From the NCBI GenBank assembly GCA_026418655.1, contig JAOAAW010000063.1:9835-73834 (forward strand): DNA of 64,000 nt. The letters run 5' to 3'. The position numbers and the translations under genes are program-made. The stretch comes from a bacterium (GTDB lineage Bacteria; Ratteibacteria; UBA8468; B48-G9; DTJG01). The notes under the pieces were generated by a model that saw nothing but the letters and a program-made list of their open reading frames with translations, ran no database searches and was not told where the DNA came from. Below, one piece after another: positions 17,293 to 26,171 of this stretch (positions within the stretch are counted from its first letter, which is position 1; every line of letters starts with the position of its first letter).

Positions 17293-18768
17293 ATGAAATC
17301 AAAAGATTTTCTTGCTGGATGGGAACAGGTTGATATAACACCTGAAGAACCTGTTTGTCTTTGCGGACAGTTTCACGCAAGGATTTCTGAAGGAATAAAA
17401 GACCCAATCACCGCAACAGTCGTATTTTTTGAATCAAAAACAGATGAAAAAACATCCATTGCTGTTATGATAAGCTGCGATCTTGTTGCAATTCCAGAAG
17501 AATTCAGAAAAGCCATAGTGAAAAAAGCAACCAGATTGATACCGGATCTCAGGGAAGAAGAAATTATAATAAGCGCAACACATACGCATACTGCACCTGA
17601 GGTGGGTGAGGATATTCTGCGGGGAACCAGGGGTATGACGATAAAAGATATTTATGGCGTGGAATTACCTGTAATGAAAATTTCAAACTATATTGATTTT
17701 GCATCCACAAAAATTGCCGGTGGTATAAAAAGTGCCTGGGAGAAAAGAGGGAAAAGTGGCATTGGCTATGGACAGGGTTTTGCTGTGGTTGGTTTTAACA
17801 GGCGCGTCGCATATTATGATGGCCATGCAAAAATGTATGGAAATACCAGTGATAAAAATTTCAGCCACATTGAGGGATATGAAGACCATACTTTGAATAT
17901 CATGTGTACATTTGACCCAGACAAAAAATTGACTGGATTGGTAATTAATATTTCCTGTCCATCTCAGGTTGATGAGCAACTGTTTTTAATAAGTGCTGAC
18001 TTCTGGCACCAGGTCAGACAGGAAATAAAAAGAAGGCTTGGCAATGAAATTTTTGTTCTCGGGCAATGCAGCGCAGCAGGAGATATATCACCACATGTTC
18101 TGCTATGTAAACAAACCCATCAGAGGATGTTGAGACTTTCAGAAAGAGACGAGAGGCAGGATATCGCAATAAGAATTGCTGATGGACTTTTAAGAATCCT
18201 GCCTGATATTGAAAAAGAAATTAATTATCAGCCTGAATTTGACATGACACATAAAAAAATCTTTTTATCCCCGTACAAAGTGGAGCAACAGGATATAAAA
18301 GAGTTTTCTGAAGAAGCAAAGAAATTTTATAAACAATACCTGTTATTGAAAAAAGAGATAGAGGAAAATCCAGAAAAGAAAAGACAGGCACGATGGTATG
18401 TTGACATTACCAGCAATTTCAGAAGATATAGATGGTACAACGCATGTATAGAAAGGGCAAAAAAAATCAGCAAAAATCCGAAAATTCCTGTTGATATTTA
18501 TGTTTTAAGGATAGGTGATATTGTTTTTGCTCCAAATCCTTTTGAACTCTATCTTGATTATGGAATAAGAATAAAAGCACAAAGTGCTGCAACTCAGACA
18601 TTTATTGTTCAACTTGCAGGTGGTGGGACATATCTTCCGACCCAGCGTGCAGTAAAAGGTCGCAGTTACGGTGCAATAGGACCTTCATGTCTTGTCGGGC
18701 CTGAGGGTGGCAAAGAATTTGTTGAAAAAACACTTGAAATGATAAACAACTTATGGAGTGAGAAATGA
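17293..18768 (+). CDS. Neutral/alkaline ceramidase-like amidohydrolase
   Basis: VDITP, ISATHTHTAP, GFNRR, ISADF, PFELY, GGTYLPT. Confidence 0.8.
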   Translation: MKSKDFLAGWEQVDITPEEPVCLCGQFHARISEGIKDPITATVVFFESKTDEKTSIAVMISCDLVAIPEEFRKAIVKKATRLIPDLREEEIIISATHTHTAPEVGEDILRGTRGMTIKDIYGVELPVMKISNYIDFASTKIAGGIKSAWEKRGKSGIGYGQGFAVVGFNRRVAYYDGHAKMYGNTSDKNFSHIEGYEDHTLNIMCTFDPDKKLTGLVINISCPSQVDEQLFLISADFWHQVRQEIKRRLGNEIFVLGQCSAAGDISPHVLLCKQTHQRMLRLSERDERQDIAIRIADGLLRILPDIEKEINYQPEFDMTHKKIFLSPYKVEQQDIKEFSEEAKKFYKQYLLLKKEIEENPEKKRQARWYVDITSNFRRYRWYNACIERAKKISKNPKIPVDIYVLRIGDIVFAPNPFELYLDYGIRIKAQSAATQTFIVQLAGGGTYLPTQRAVKGRSYGAIGPSCLVGPEGGKEFVEKTLEMINNLWSEK

Positions 18769-19952
18769 TAAACATAGGTATTGTAGGCGCAGGAAACAGG
18801 GGAATAAGATGTTATGGGATTTACATTTTGAAAGAAAAGAAAGATGTTGCCAGGATAACTGCTATTTCAGACCCTGACAGAAAGAGATTAGAAGTAGGGA
18901 AAAAGGTTCTGTCCCTTGATGAGAATGCAATTTTTACTGATACTGAGGAAATGCTGAAGAAAGCCCCTCTTGATGCAGTTATCATCACAAGTCCTGACTA
19001 TACCCATAAAGATATTGCAATCTCTGCGTTCAATAAAGGGCTTGATGTCCTTTGTGAAAAACCACTTGCTTTGACTGTTGAAGATTGTGATGCCATACTT
19101 GATGCGCAAAAAAAGGCTGAAAAAATTCTGTGTGTTGGCTTTGTCTTGAGATACAACAATTTCTATAAAAAAATGTATGATATTGTCAATGTTGAGAAAA
19201 AAATTGGAAAGGTTATTGTGGCAGGTGCAATTGATTCTGTTTCAACAGGTTCTCAGTATTTTTTTCACGGCTGGTGGAGGTTGAGAAAAAACAGTGGCGG
19301 ACTTCTGGTCCAGAAAGCAACTCATTCTGTGGATATCCTTAACTGGATTGTCAATAGCAGGGCTGAAAGCGTCTATGGTGCTGGTGGACTTGCAGTTTTT
19401 GGAGGAAATCAACCTGATACAAAGAGATGTTCAAGTTGTGAGATAAAAAATACATGTCCTGAAGCCCTTGTCAGCGGTATTCAATGGGATTATGGAGAAG
19501 AAAACATTGTAATGGAAGTCGAAGACAAATGTGTATTTGCAAAGGAAATAGATGTTTATGACCATGAGGTTTTGACCATAAATTATGAAAACAAAACAAG
19601 GGCTTTTTTTGTTGAAAGTCAGTTCACACCTGACTATAAGAGGGAATTCTGGTTCATTGGAGATAAAGGAAGAATGTATGGAATAGACCCATATATTGTT
19701 TCTGAGAAAGACAGAAAAAAACCATACATTGAAATTGTTTACAGACACACAAGGAAAAAGGAAGTGATAGATGTTAAGCTTGAGCCAGGTGGTCATGGTG
19801 GTGGAGACCCAGGCTTGATTGAAGACTTTATCCACTGCTGTATAACAAGGAAAAACCCACTCGCTGATGGAATTGCAGGAAGGGAAAGTATTGCCATCTG
19901 TGCTGGTGGAGAAAAATCCATAGAGACAGGAAAGATTACCAATCTGCGATAG
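18765..19952 (+). CDS. Gfo/Idh/MocA oxidoreductase with Cys-rich insert
   Basis: GIVGAGNRG, CEKPLA, KATHSVD, RCSSC..TCP, GHGGGD. Confidence 0.93.
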   Translation: MINIGIVGAGNRGIRCYGIYILKEKKDVARITAISDPDRKRLEVGKKVLSLDENAIFTDTEEMLKKAPLDAVIITSPDYTHKDIAISAFNKGLDVLCEKPLALTVEDCDAILDAQKKAEKILCVGFVLRYNNFYKKMYDIVNVEKKIGKVIVAGAIDSVSTGSQYFFHGWWRLRKNSGGLLVQKATHSVDILNWIVNSRAESVYGAGGLAVFGGNQPDTKRCSSCEIKNTCPEALVSGIQWDYGEENIVMEVEDKCVFAKEIDVYDHEVLTINYENKTRAFFVESQFTPDYKREFWFIGDKGRMYGIDPYIVSEKDRKKPYIEIVYRHTRKKEVIDVKLEPGGHGGGDPGLIEDFIHCCITRKNPLADGIAGRESIAICAGGEKSIETGKITNLR

Positions 19953-19955
19953 GAA

Positions 19956-20861
19956 ATGAACCCCTTTATGAAGATATCTCAAGTAATGAGACTGGCTTAT
20001 AAGAAACACATTCTTATTCCAGCATTCAATGTTGCATATCTTCCTATGTTAAAACCAATTTCAGATGCACTCTCAGAGTGTAACACCATTGGCATCATAG
20101 AAGTTTCAAGACCAGACATAATGAATTTTGGCGCAAAAAGTATTGAGGCGGTCGCAGCGGAATATGAAAAATTTGCCAACGAGAAGTTCTGCTTTCTTCA
20201 TCTTGACCATGTTCCTGTGATTGATGAAAATTTCACAGATGTTGACTGGGAACAATGGATAAAAAATGGTATTGAACTGGGCTATGATTCTGTGATGATT
20301 GATGGCTCTCGGCTTTCCTTTGAAGAAAACATAAGGATTACTGCGACTGTTGTTGAAATGGCTCATAGAAACGGTGTATGCGTTGAAGCAGAACTTGGTT
20401 CTGTTCTTGGACATGAAAATAAAAAACTTCCACCCTATGAAGAAATTTTTGAAAAAAAGATTGGTTTTACTCAACCTGAAGAAGCAAAGATTTTTGTTGA
20501 AAAAACAAATGTTGACTGGCTGTCAGTATCTGTGGGCTCAATTCATGGTGCAATCTCAGGTGCAGCAAAAAACCAGAAAAAGATCTGTGCAAGGATTGAC
20601 ATAAAGCATCTTGCAGAAATAAATCAAAAGACCAGTATCCCTCTTGTACTTCACGGTGGTTCAGGGATACAGGTTGATTGTATTAAAGAAGCCATCAAAA
20701 ATGGCATTACAAAAATCAATATTGGAACAGAAATAAGGCAGGCGTATGAACAGGTAATGGAATCGGATCAAAAAATTGCAGAAAAAATGGTGAAAAAAGC
20801 TGTGATGGGCATCATTGATTCATACCAGATTTACAATTCTGCGGACGTACTTTTGACGTAA
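19956..20861 (+). CDS. Class II fructose/tagatose-bisphosphate aldolase
   Basis: IPAFN, LHLDH, SVMIDGS, VEAELG, GSIHG, LVLHGGSG, KINIGT. Confidence 0.93.
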   Translation: MNPFMKISQVMRLAYKKHILIPAFNVAYLPMLKPISDALSECNTIGIIEVSRPDIMNFGAKSIEAVAAEYEKFANEKFCFLHLDHVPVIDENFTDVDWEQWIKNGIELGYDSVMIDGSRLSFEENIRITATVVEMAHRNGVCVEAELGSVLGHENKKLPPYEEIFEKKIGFTQPEEAKIFVEKTNVDWLSVSVGSIHGAISGAAKNQKKICARIDIKHLAEINQKTSIPLVLHGGSGIQVDCIKEAIKNGITKINIGTEIRQAYEQVMESDQKIAEKMVKKAVMGIIDSYQIYNSADVLLT

Positions 20862-21946
20862 TTTGCTATCTTTTTAAACTCTGACAGAGTTTCCTTATAA
20901 AAAATTTTCCAGCCCTCGCAAAGCACACTTTTTTCTCTCTGCGATGGGTTTTTTGATATCCTGTGTTTCTGGCAATCCCCTGCGCATAATTTCAAAAATT
21001 CACATCTATCACAATCAGGATGCCACAGAGATTTTTTAATTCCAAAATTTCTGTATGTTCCTGAATTTAATAAGTCAGACCATTCATTTTTAAGGATATT
21101 ACCAAGCAGAGTTTTATCGCTTACAAAAAAATCACAGGGAAAAACATCCCCATTGTGTTCAATCACAAAATACTGGCAACAATTATTTCCCATCTGACAG
21201 ATACCCGCTGGCCTGTTCATAAGTGTAAGTATTATTGAATCAAAAAGTCTTACAGAAACCCTTTTCCCGTCTTTAATCCAGGCATTGAATAACTGGCATA
21301 AAAATAATCCCCATTCTTTTCCTTCTATGGTCCATGGCAATCTTTTTCCTTTCTTGTCATATTCAACGCAGGGTATGTATTGATGATAGAAGGAACCAAT
21401 GTCAATCATGAATCTATAAACTTCTCCTGCTTTTCCTTTATGAGCGGAAGTAATAACTGTCAGAGTATTGAAAGCAACATCAAAGTTTTGCAATTTCTTG
21501 ACAGCCTTCAGCACCTTCTTGAAAGCATTTTCTCCACCTGGAATAATTCTAAATCTATTATGGATTTCTTCGGGGCCATCAATACTTATGCCAATGAGAA
21601 AATTTGTCTCTGCAAGAAAACCTGACCACTCTTCGTCTACAAGATATCCATTTGTCTGCAATCCATTGCCTATGACAGAACCCTGTGAGGCAAACCTTTT
21701 TTGAAAATCAACTGCCTTTTTATAAAAGTCCAACCCCATCAATAAAGGCTCTCCACCCTGCCAGGAAAAGATATATTGCGACTGGTGTGTTTTCATATAC
21801 TTTTCAACAAGTGTTTCAAGAACCTGTAAACTCATTCTTCTATGAGGTGTGTCTCTGTAAAGGGGCAAACTTTTATAAAAACAATAAAAACAATCAGAAT
21901 TACAATCAGAAGAAGCTGGCTTGATAAGTAAGGAAAATTGTTTCAT
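20831..21946 (-). CDS. Anaerobic sulfatase maturase (radical SAM/SPASM)
   Basis: LIKPASSDCNSDCFYCFY, WQGGEPLL, QTNG, SPASM cysteines (FPCDFF, CDRC..LCAGDC). Confidence 0.94.
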   Translation of the reverse strand: MKQFSLLIKPASSDCNSDCFYCFYKSLPLYRDTPHRRMSLQVLETLVEKYMKTHQSQYIFSWQGGEPLLMGLDFYKKAVDFQKRFASQGSVIGNGLQTNGYLVDEEWSGFLAETNFLIGISIDGPEEIHNRFRIIPGGENAFKKVLKAVKKLQNFDVAFNTLTVITSAHKGKAGEVYRFMIDIGSFYHQYIPCVEYDKKGKRLPWTIEGKEWGLFLCQLFNAWIKDGKRVSVRLFDSIILTLMNRPAGICQMGNNCCQYFVIEHNGDVFPCDFFVSDKTLLGNILKNEWSDLLNSGTYRNFGIKKSLWHPDCDRCEFLKLCAGDCQKHRISKNPSQREKSVLCEGWKIFYKETLSEFKKIANYVKSTSAEL

Positions 21947-21959
21947 AATACTGTATTAT
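21945..21959. promoter_or_regulatory. 7-1-7 palindrome in the divergent maturase/sulfatase spacer
   Basis: ATAATAC-T-GTATTAT overlapping a minus-strand TATAAT and the maturase start codon. Confidence 0.5.
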
Positions 21960-21975
21960 ACAACGACGAGGTAGA

Positions 21976-23487
21976 ATGAAAAAAAGGCCCAATATACTTT
22001 TTATCACAAGCGATCAGCAACACTACAATACCCTTGGTTGCACAAATCCTGAGGTTAAAACACCCTCGCTGGACAAACTGGCTTCCCAGGGAATAAGGTT
22101 TACCCGTGCCTATTGCACAAATCCCACATGCACTCCTTCAAGAGCATCATTGATTACCGGTAAGTATCCTGGTCAGCACGGAGCATGGTCTTTAGGAACA
22201 AAACTACCTGAATCAGAACCAACTCTTGGTCAATATCTTTCTGATTCTGGATACAGAACAACACTTATAGGAAAAGCACACTTTCAACCACTGAAGGATA
22301 CACCACAGTTTCCTTCAATAGAATCAAATCCATTCATGCAAAACCTTGAATTCTGGAGAAAATTCCATGGTCCTTTCTACGGGTTCCAGAGGGTGGAACT
22401 GGCAAGAAATCATACTGATGAATATCATGTCGGTCAGCACTACGCAATCTGGATGGAAAAAAAAGGATTTAAAGAGTGGAAAAATTATTTCAGGGCACCT
22501 GCGGGTAATGTAAAACATCAACAGAGATGGCACTGGAATTTGCCTGAAAAATATCACTATGATACATGGATTGCAGAAAGAACAATTAAATTCTTAAGGC
22601 AGTATCATAAAAAGAATGAAAATTTTTTCTTATGGGCAAGTTTTCCAGACCCACATCCACCATACCTTGTTCCATCACCATGGGACAAAATGTATGATCC
22701 TGAAAAACTGATAGTTCCAGAGATAAAACCAGGCGAGCATGAAAAAAATCCGCCACACTTTCAATTGACACAACAACAAAGACCTGACTTTACTCCCTGG
22801 CGAGAATCTGGAATGGGAATTCATGGTTTTCATACACATCTTCATTTAATCAAGACCCTGAGAAAGGATACTGCTGTCTACTATGGAATGATAAGCATGA
22901 TGGACAAATATATTGGTTTTATCATAGATGAGCTTGATAACCTCGGTCTTTCTGAAGATACCATAGTGATTTTTACAACAGACCATGGTCATCTATTGGG
23001 TCAGCATGGCCTTGCCGCAAAAGGTGCTTTCCATTACGAAGATCTGTTGCGTGTCCCCTTCATTGTCAGATGGCCAGGCCATTTCCCTGAAAACAGAATT
23101 TCGGATAGTTTAATTTCATTTGTTGATTTTGCGCCCACTATTCTTTCTTTATGCGGTCTGAATATTCCAGGAACAATGTCTGGCATTGACCAGAGTGATG
23201 TTTTTTACGGAAAAAAGGAAAATATCAGAAGCTGGGTTCTTGTTGAAAACAGACACGAACCAACAACCATTTTTCTAAAAACATATATTGAGAAAAGATA
23301 CAAAATTACTGTTTATTACCGCAGGCCCTACGGTGAACTCTTTGATCTTGACAATGACCCGGATGAATATAATAATTTATGGAACGAGCCTGAATATAGA
23401 GAACTAAGAAATGAATTGATTAACAGGCTTCTTTTTGCAGAGTGGGAGAAAGAGCCACTATGGATGCCAAGGGTATGGGGCGCGTAA
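21976..23487 (+). CDS. Cys-type sulfatase (S1 family), cytoplasmic
   Basis: RPNILFITSDQ, CTPSRASLITG, GKAH, PDPHPP, TTDHG, ELFDL..DPDE. Confidence 0.95.
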   Translation: MKKRPNILFITSDQQHYNTLGCTNPEVKTPSLDKLASQGIRFTRAYCTNPTCTPSRASLITGKYPGQHGAWSLGTKLPESEPTLGQYLSDSGYRTTLIGKAHFQPLKDTPQFPSIESNPFMQNLEFWRKFHGPFYGFQRVELARNHTDEYHVGQHYAIWMEKKGFKEWKNYFRAPAGNVKHQQRWHWNLPEKYHYDTWIAERTIKFLRQYHKKNENFFLWASFPDPHPPYLVPSPWDKMYDPEKLIVPEIKPGEHEKNPPHFQLTQQQRPDFTPWRESGMGIHGFHTHLHLIKTLRKDTAVYYGMISMMDKYIGFIIDELDNLGLSEDTIVIFTTDHGHLLGQHGLAAKGAFHYEDLLRVPFIVRWPGHFPENRISDSLISFVDFAPTILSLCGLNIPGTMSGIDQSDVFYGKKENIRSWVLVENRHEPTTIFLKTYIEKRYKITVYYRRPYGELFDLDNDPDEYNNLWNEPEYRELRNELINRLLFAEWEKEPLWMPRVWGA

Positions 23488-23858
23488 TAAAAAAAGGGTT
23501 CACCCTGATAGAACTCTTAATTGTTTTTATTATTGTCGGTTTGCTCGCTTCAATAGCAATACCAATATACAGGGCAAATATTAAAAAGGTTGCTTCTTCA
23601 GAAGGTGTTGCCCTGCTTGGAACAATTTTAACTGCACAAAAAGCATACTTTGCTGAACATGGCAGATATACCACAGAAGAAGAGGCCATTGGTATAGAAA
23701 TGGCAGGAAATAAGTACTTCAGAGACTTTGTTCTGGTGCAGGGAGATGAACATGGCTTTAAAGCCATTACCTCAGGAACAGGTCTTTGCGAGGGTATACA
23801 GGTAATAATGGAGTTCACAAATACTGCAGGGGCTACAATCTCATATACTGGACTTTAG
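23475..23858 (+). CDS. Type IV pilin / prepilin-type protein
   Basis: KKG|FTLIELL class III signal with E5 and P22; start taken at MGRVIKKG. Confidence 0.9.
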   Translation: MGRVIKKGFTLIELLIVFIIVGLLASIAIPIYRANIKKVASSEGVALLGTILTAQKAYFAEHGRYTTEEEAIGIEMAGNKYFRDFVLVQGDEHGFKAITSGTGLCEGIQVIMEFTNTAGATISYTGL

Positions 23859-23866
23859 TCTATCCT

Positions 23867-26161
23867 ATGAAAAAAATATTTTTCACAGTAACTCTCATAT
23901 TGAACTCTTATTTAGCACTTTGCCTGCCAGCCAGGATATTGTTTGACTTTGAAGAAAATACAAATGGATGGAACATTCTTGAAGGTCTTTCGGCGCAGGC
24001 AACTGTTGAACAGAGTAAGGATAATTTCACACAGGGAAATGGGTCTCTGAAATTTTCTGCGCAATTTCCAGGCGAAGCAGGAATTAAAGTAAATATAAAT
24101 GAAAACTGGACAACCTATCAATCTTTAAGTTTTGATATGGTGGTGGTTGAAACCCCTGTTTCACAGATAAAATTTTTCATGTATCTTAAAGACAAGGAAT
24201 GGTTGTGGTATCAGACAAAAGAACAATACGTTAAATATGGTACAACAAAAGTTTTAATCAATATTTCAGGTTCAAGCCTTGACCTTGTTCCAGGTGGACA
24301 TAAAAAGCCATGGAACCAATACAGTGGTGAACAGGTCAGAGAAATTGGGATAAAATTTTTATGCAATGAGAAACAGAATTTTACAGTGTACATAGACAAT
24401 TTCAAACTATCTCCTGTCCTTTTTTCTTCTTTGAAAGTTAACAAAACAGAGGTACCTCTTTATGAAAAATTTGAAATTTCATTTAAGACCCCTCTGTATT
24501 TTCAAAACCCCTTTGATCCTGATTGCATAGCAATAGACTGTTATTTTACATCTCCATCCGGAAAACAGATAATCGTTCCTAGTTTTTTTTACCAGGATTT
24601 TTATTTTGCTGGACCCGGCACAAAAGGACAGGATAACTTACAGCCCCAGGGATATCCTGAATGGAAGATACGTTTTGCGCCAACAGAAACAGGTACATAT
24701 AAATACAAAATCGTTGCGACAATAAACAGTGGAGAAGAAACAGTTTCAACCCAGCTTATGAGTTTTAAGGCAATACCTGGTTCAAAACTCGGATTTGTAA
24801 GGGTGAGCAAAAAGGATAATCGTTATTTTGAATTTGATAATGGGGTATTTTTTTATCCCATTGGACACAATATCAGGTCTCTCAATGACAACAGATACTC
24901 GCAACTTTTCAATCGGCCTCTTGCCGCTCAAAGTGGAACAATTAATTTTGAAACCTGGATTGTTGACATGAAAAATAATAGAGAAAATTTCTTTGAAACA
25001 TGGATGGCTGCCTGGTGGCTTGCCATAGAATGGAAAAAAGGTTATGGATTTTATGAAGGTCTGGGAAGGTATGAACTGCGAAATGCCTGGAAGCTTGACT
25101 GGATACTGGAACTCGCAGAGAAGAGTGGTATTTACATCCAGCTACTCATTATAAATCATGGTTCTGTTAGTACATTTTGCGACCAGGAATGGCAGGACAG
25201 CCCATACAATATAAAAAATGGTGGCTTTCTCAACTCTCCGGAAGAATTTTTTACAGATGAGCGAGCGAAAACTCTTTTCAAGAAAAGGCTCAGGTATATC
25301 ATAGCACGATGGTCGTACAGTCCGAATATTTTCTCCTGGGAATTGGTTAATGAGATGAATCTGATTGGTTCAAGCAGAGATTTTTATAGAACTCCTGTCT
25401 TAGCACAATGGTATGCTGAAATGGGAGATTATCTTGCACAGATAGACCCTAATAGACACATGATAACAGGCCATTACACAATTCTCTATGACAGCGATGT
25501 TTTCAAACTTTCACAAGTGGACTATGTTTTGACAAACGCCTATTATGATGTAAGAGGTGGGAATATCGTCGACACTTTGAAAAATATTGTAAATTTTAAT
25601 GCAAGGTTCAACAAACCCCATTTTGTTTCAGAATATGGTGGAAACTGGAATGCAGGACCAGAAGCACTTATTGAGGCAGACCTTCACAATGGTATATGGG
25701 CAGGTGCACATCTTCCTTTTGCAGCAGTACCACTTTTCTGGTGGCATAATTTCATAGAAGATAAAAACCTATACTACCATTATAAGGCGCTCGCGCAATA
25801 CCTCGGGGATATTGATAGGGTTAAAGAAAACTTTGAACCAAAAACCATTGCCATATCCGGAGAAAATACTGAAAAGATAAAATCCTTATGTCTTGCAAAC
25901 CAGGAAAAAGCAATTGTCTGGATTTATGGACAGGATAGACTCAAAAGGCCACCAGCAGAAAACGATGGTCCCTTGACAAAAAATAATCAGTGCACAATTG
26001 AGGGTTTAACTCAGGGTGATTATATGATAGAATTCTGGGATACATACTCAGGGAAGATTATGGATAAGAAAAAGAAACAAAACATTGATAAACTGAGTTT
26101 TCAGTTGCCTGAAATCAATAGAGATTTTGCCATTAAAATATATAAACTATCTCAAACATAA
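23867..26161 (+). CDS. Secreted DUF5060 / GH5-like glycoside hydrolase with N-terminal CBM-like domain
   Basis: Signal peptide MKKIFF..., NPFDP, WKIRFAP, WELVNE (acid/base), VSEYG (nucleophile). Confidence 0.8.
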   Translation: MKKIFFTVTLILNSYLALCLPARILFDFEENTNGWNILEGLSAQATVEQSKDNFTQGNGSLKFSAQFPGEAGIKVNINENWTTYQSLSFDMVVVETPVSQIKFFMYLKDKEWLWYQTKEQYVKYGTTKVLINISGSSLDLVPGGHKKPWNQYSGEQVREIGIKFLCNEKQNFTVYIDNFKLSPVLFSSLKVNKTEVPLYEKFEISFKTPLYFQNPFDPDCIAIDCYFTSPSGKQIIVPSFFYQDFYFAGPGTKGQDNLQPQGYPEWKIRFAPTETGTYKYKIVATINSGEETVSTQLMSFKAIPGSKLGFVRVSKKDNRYFEFDNGVFFYPIGHNIRSLNDNRYSQLFNRPLAAQSGTINFETWIVDMKNNRENFFETWMAAWWLAIEWKKGYGFYEGLGRYELRNAWKLDWILELAEKSGIYIQLLIINHGSVSTFCDQEWQDSPYNIKNGGFLNSPEEFFTDERAKTLFKKRLRYIIARWSYSPNIFSWELVNEMNLIGSSRDFYRTPVLAQWYAEMGDYLAQIDPNRHMITGHYTILYDSDVFKLSQVDYVLTNAYYDVRGGNIVDTLKNIVNFNARFNKPHFVSEYGGNWNAGPEALIEADLHNGIWAGAHLPFAAVPLFWWHNFIEDKNLYYHYKALAQYLGDIDRVKENFEPKTIAISGENTEKIKSLCLANQEKAIVWIYGQDRLKRPPAENDGPLTKNNQCTIEGLTQGDYMIEFWDTYSGKIMDKKKKQNIDKLSFQLPEINRDFAIKIYKLSQT

Positions 26162-26171
26162 GGAAGAGAAC

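Noticed and set aside
19431..20009. Long antisense ORFs (192 aa here; also 26589-27107, 57956-58531, 11578-12057)
   Set aside because: They lie opposite well-supported genes, have shadow-like composition and show no motifs
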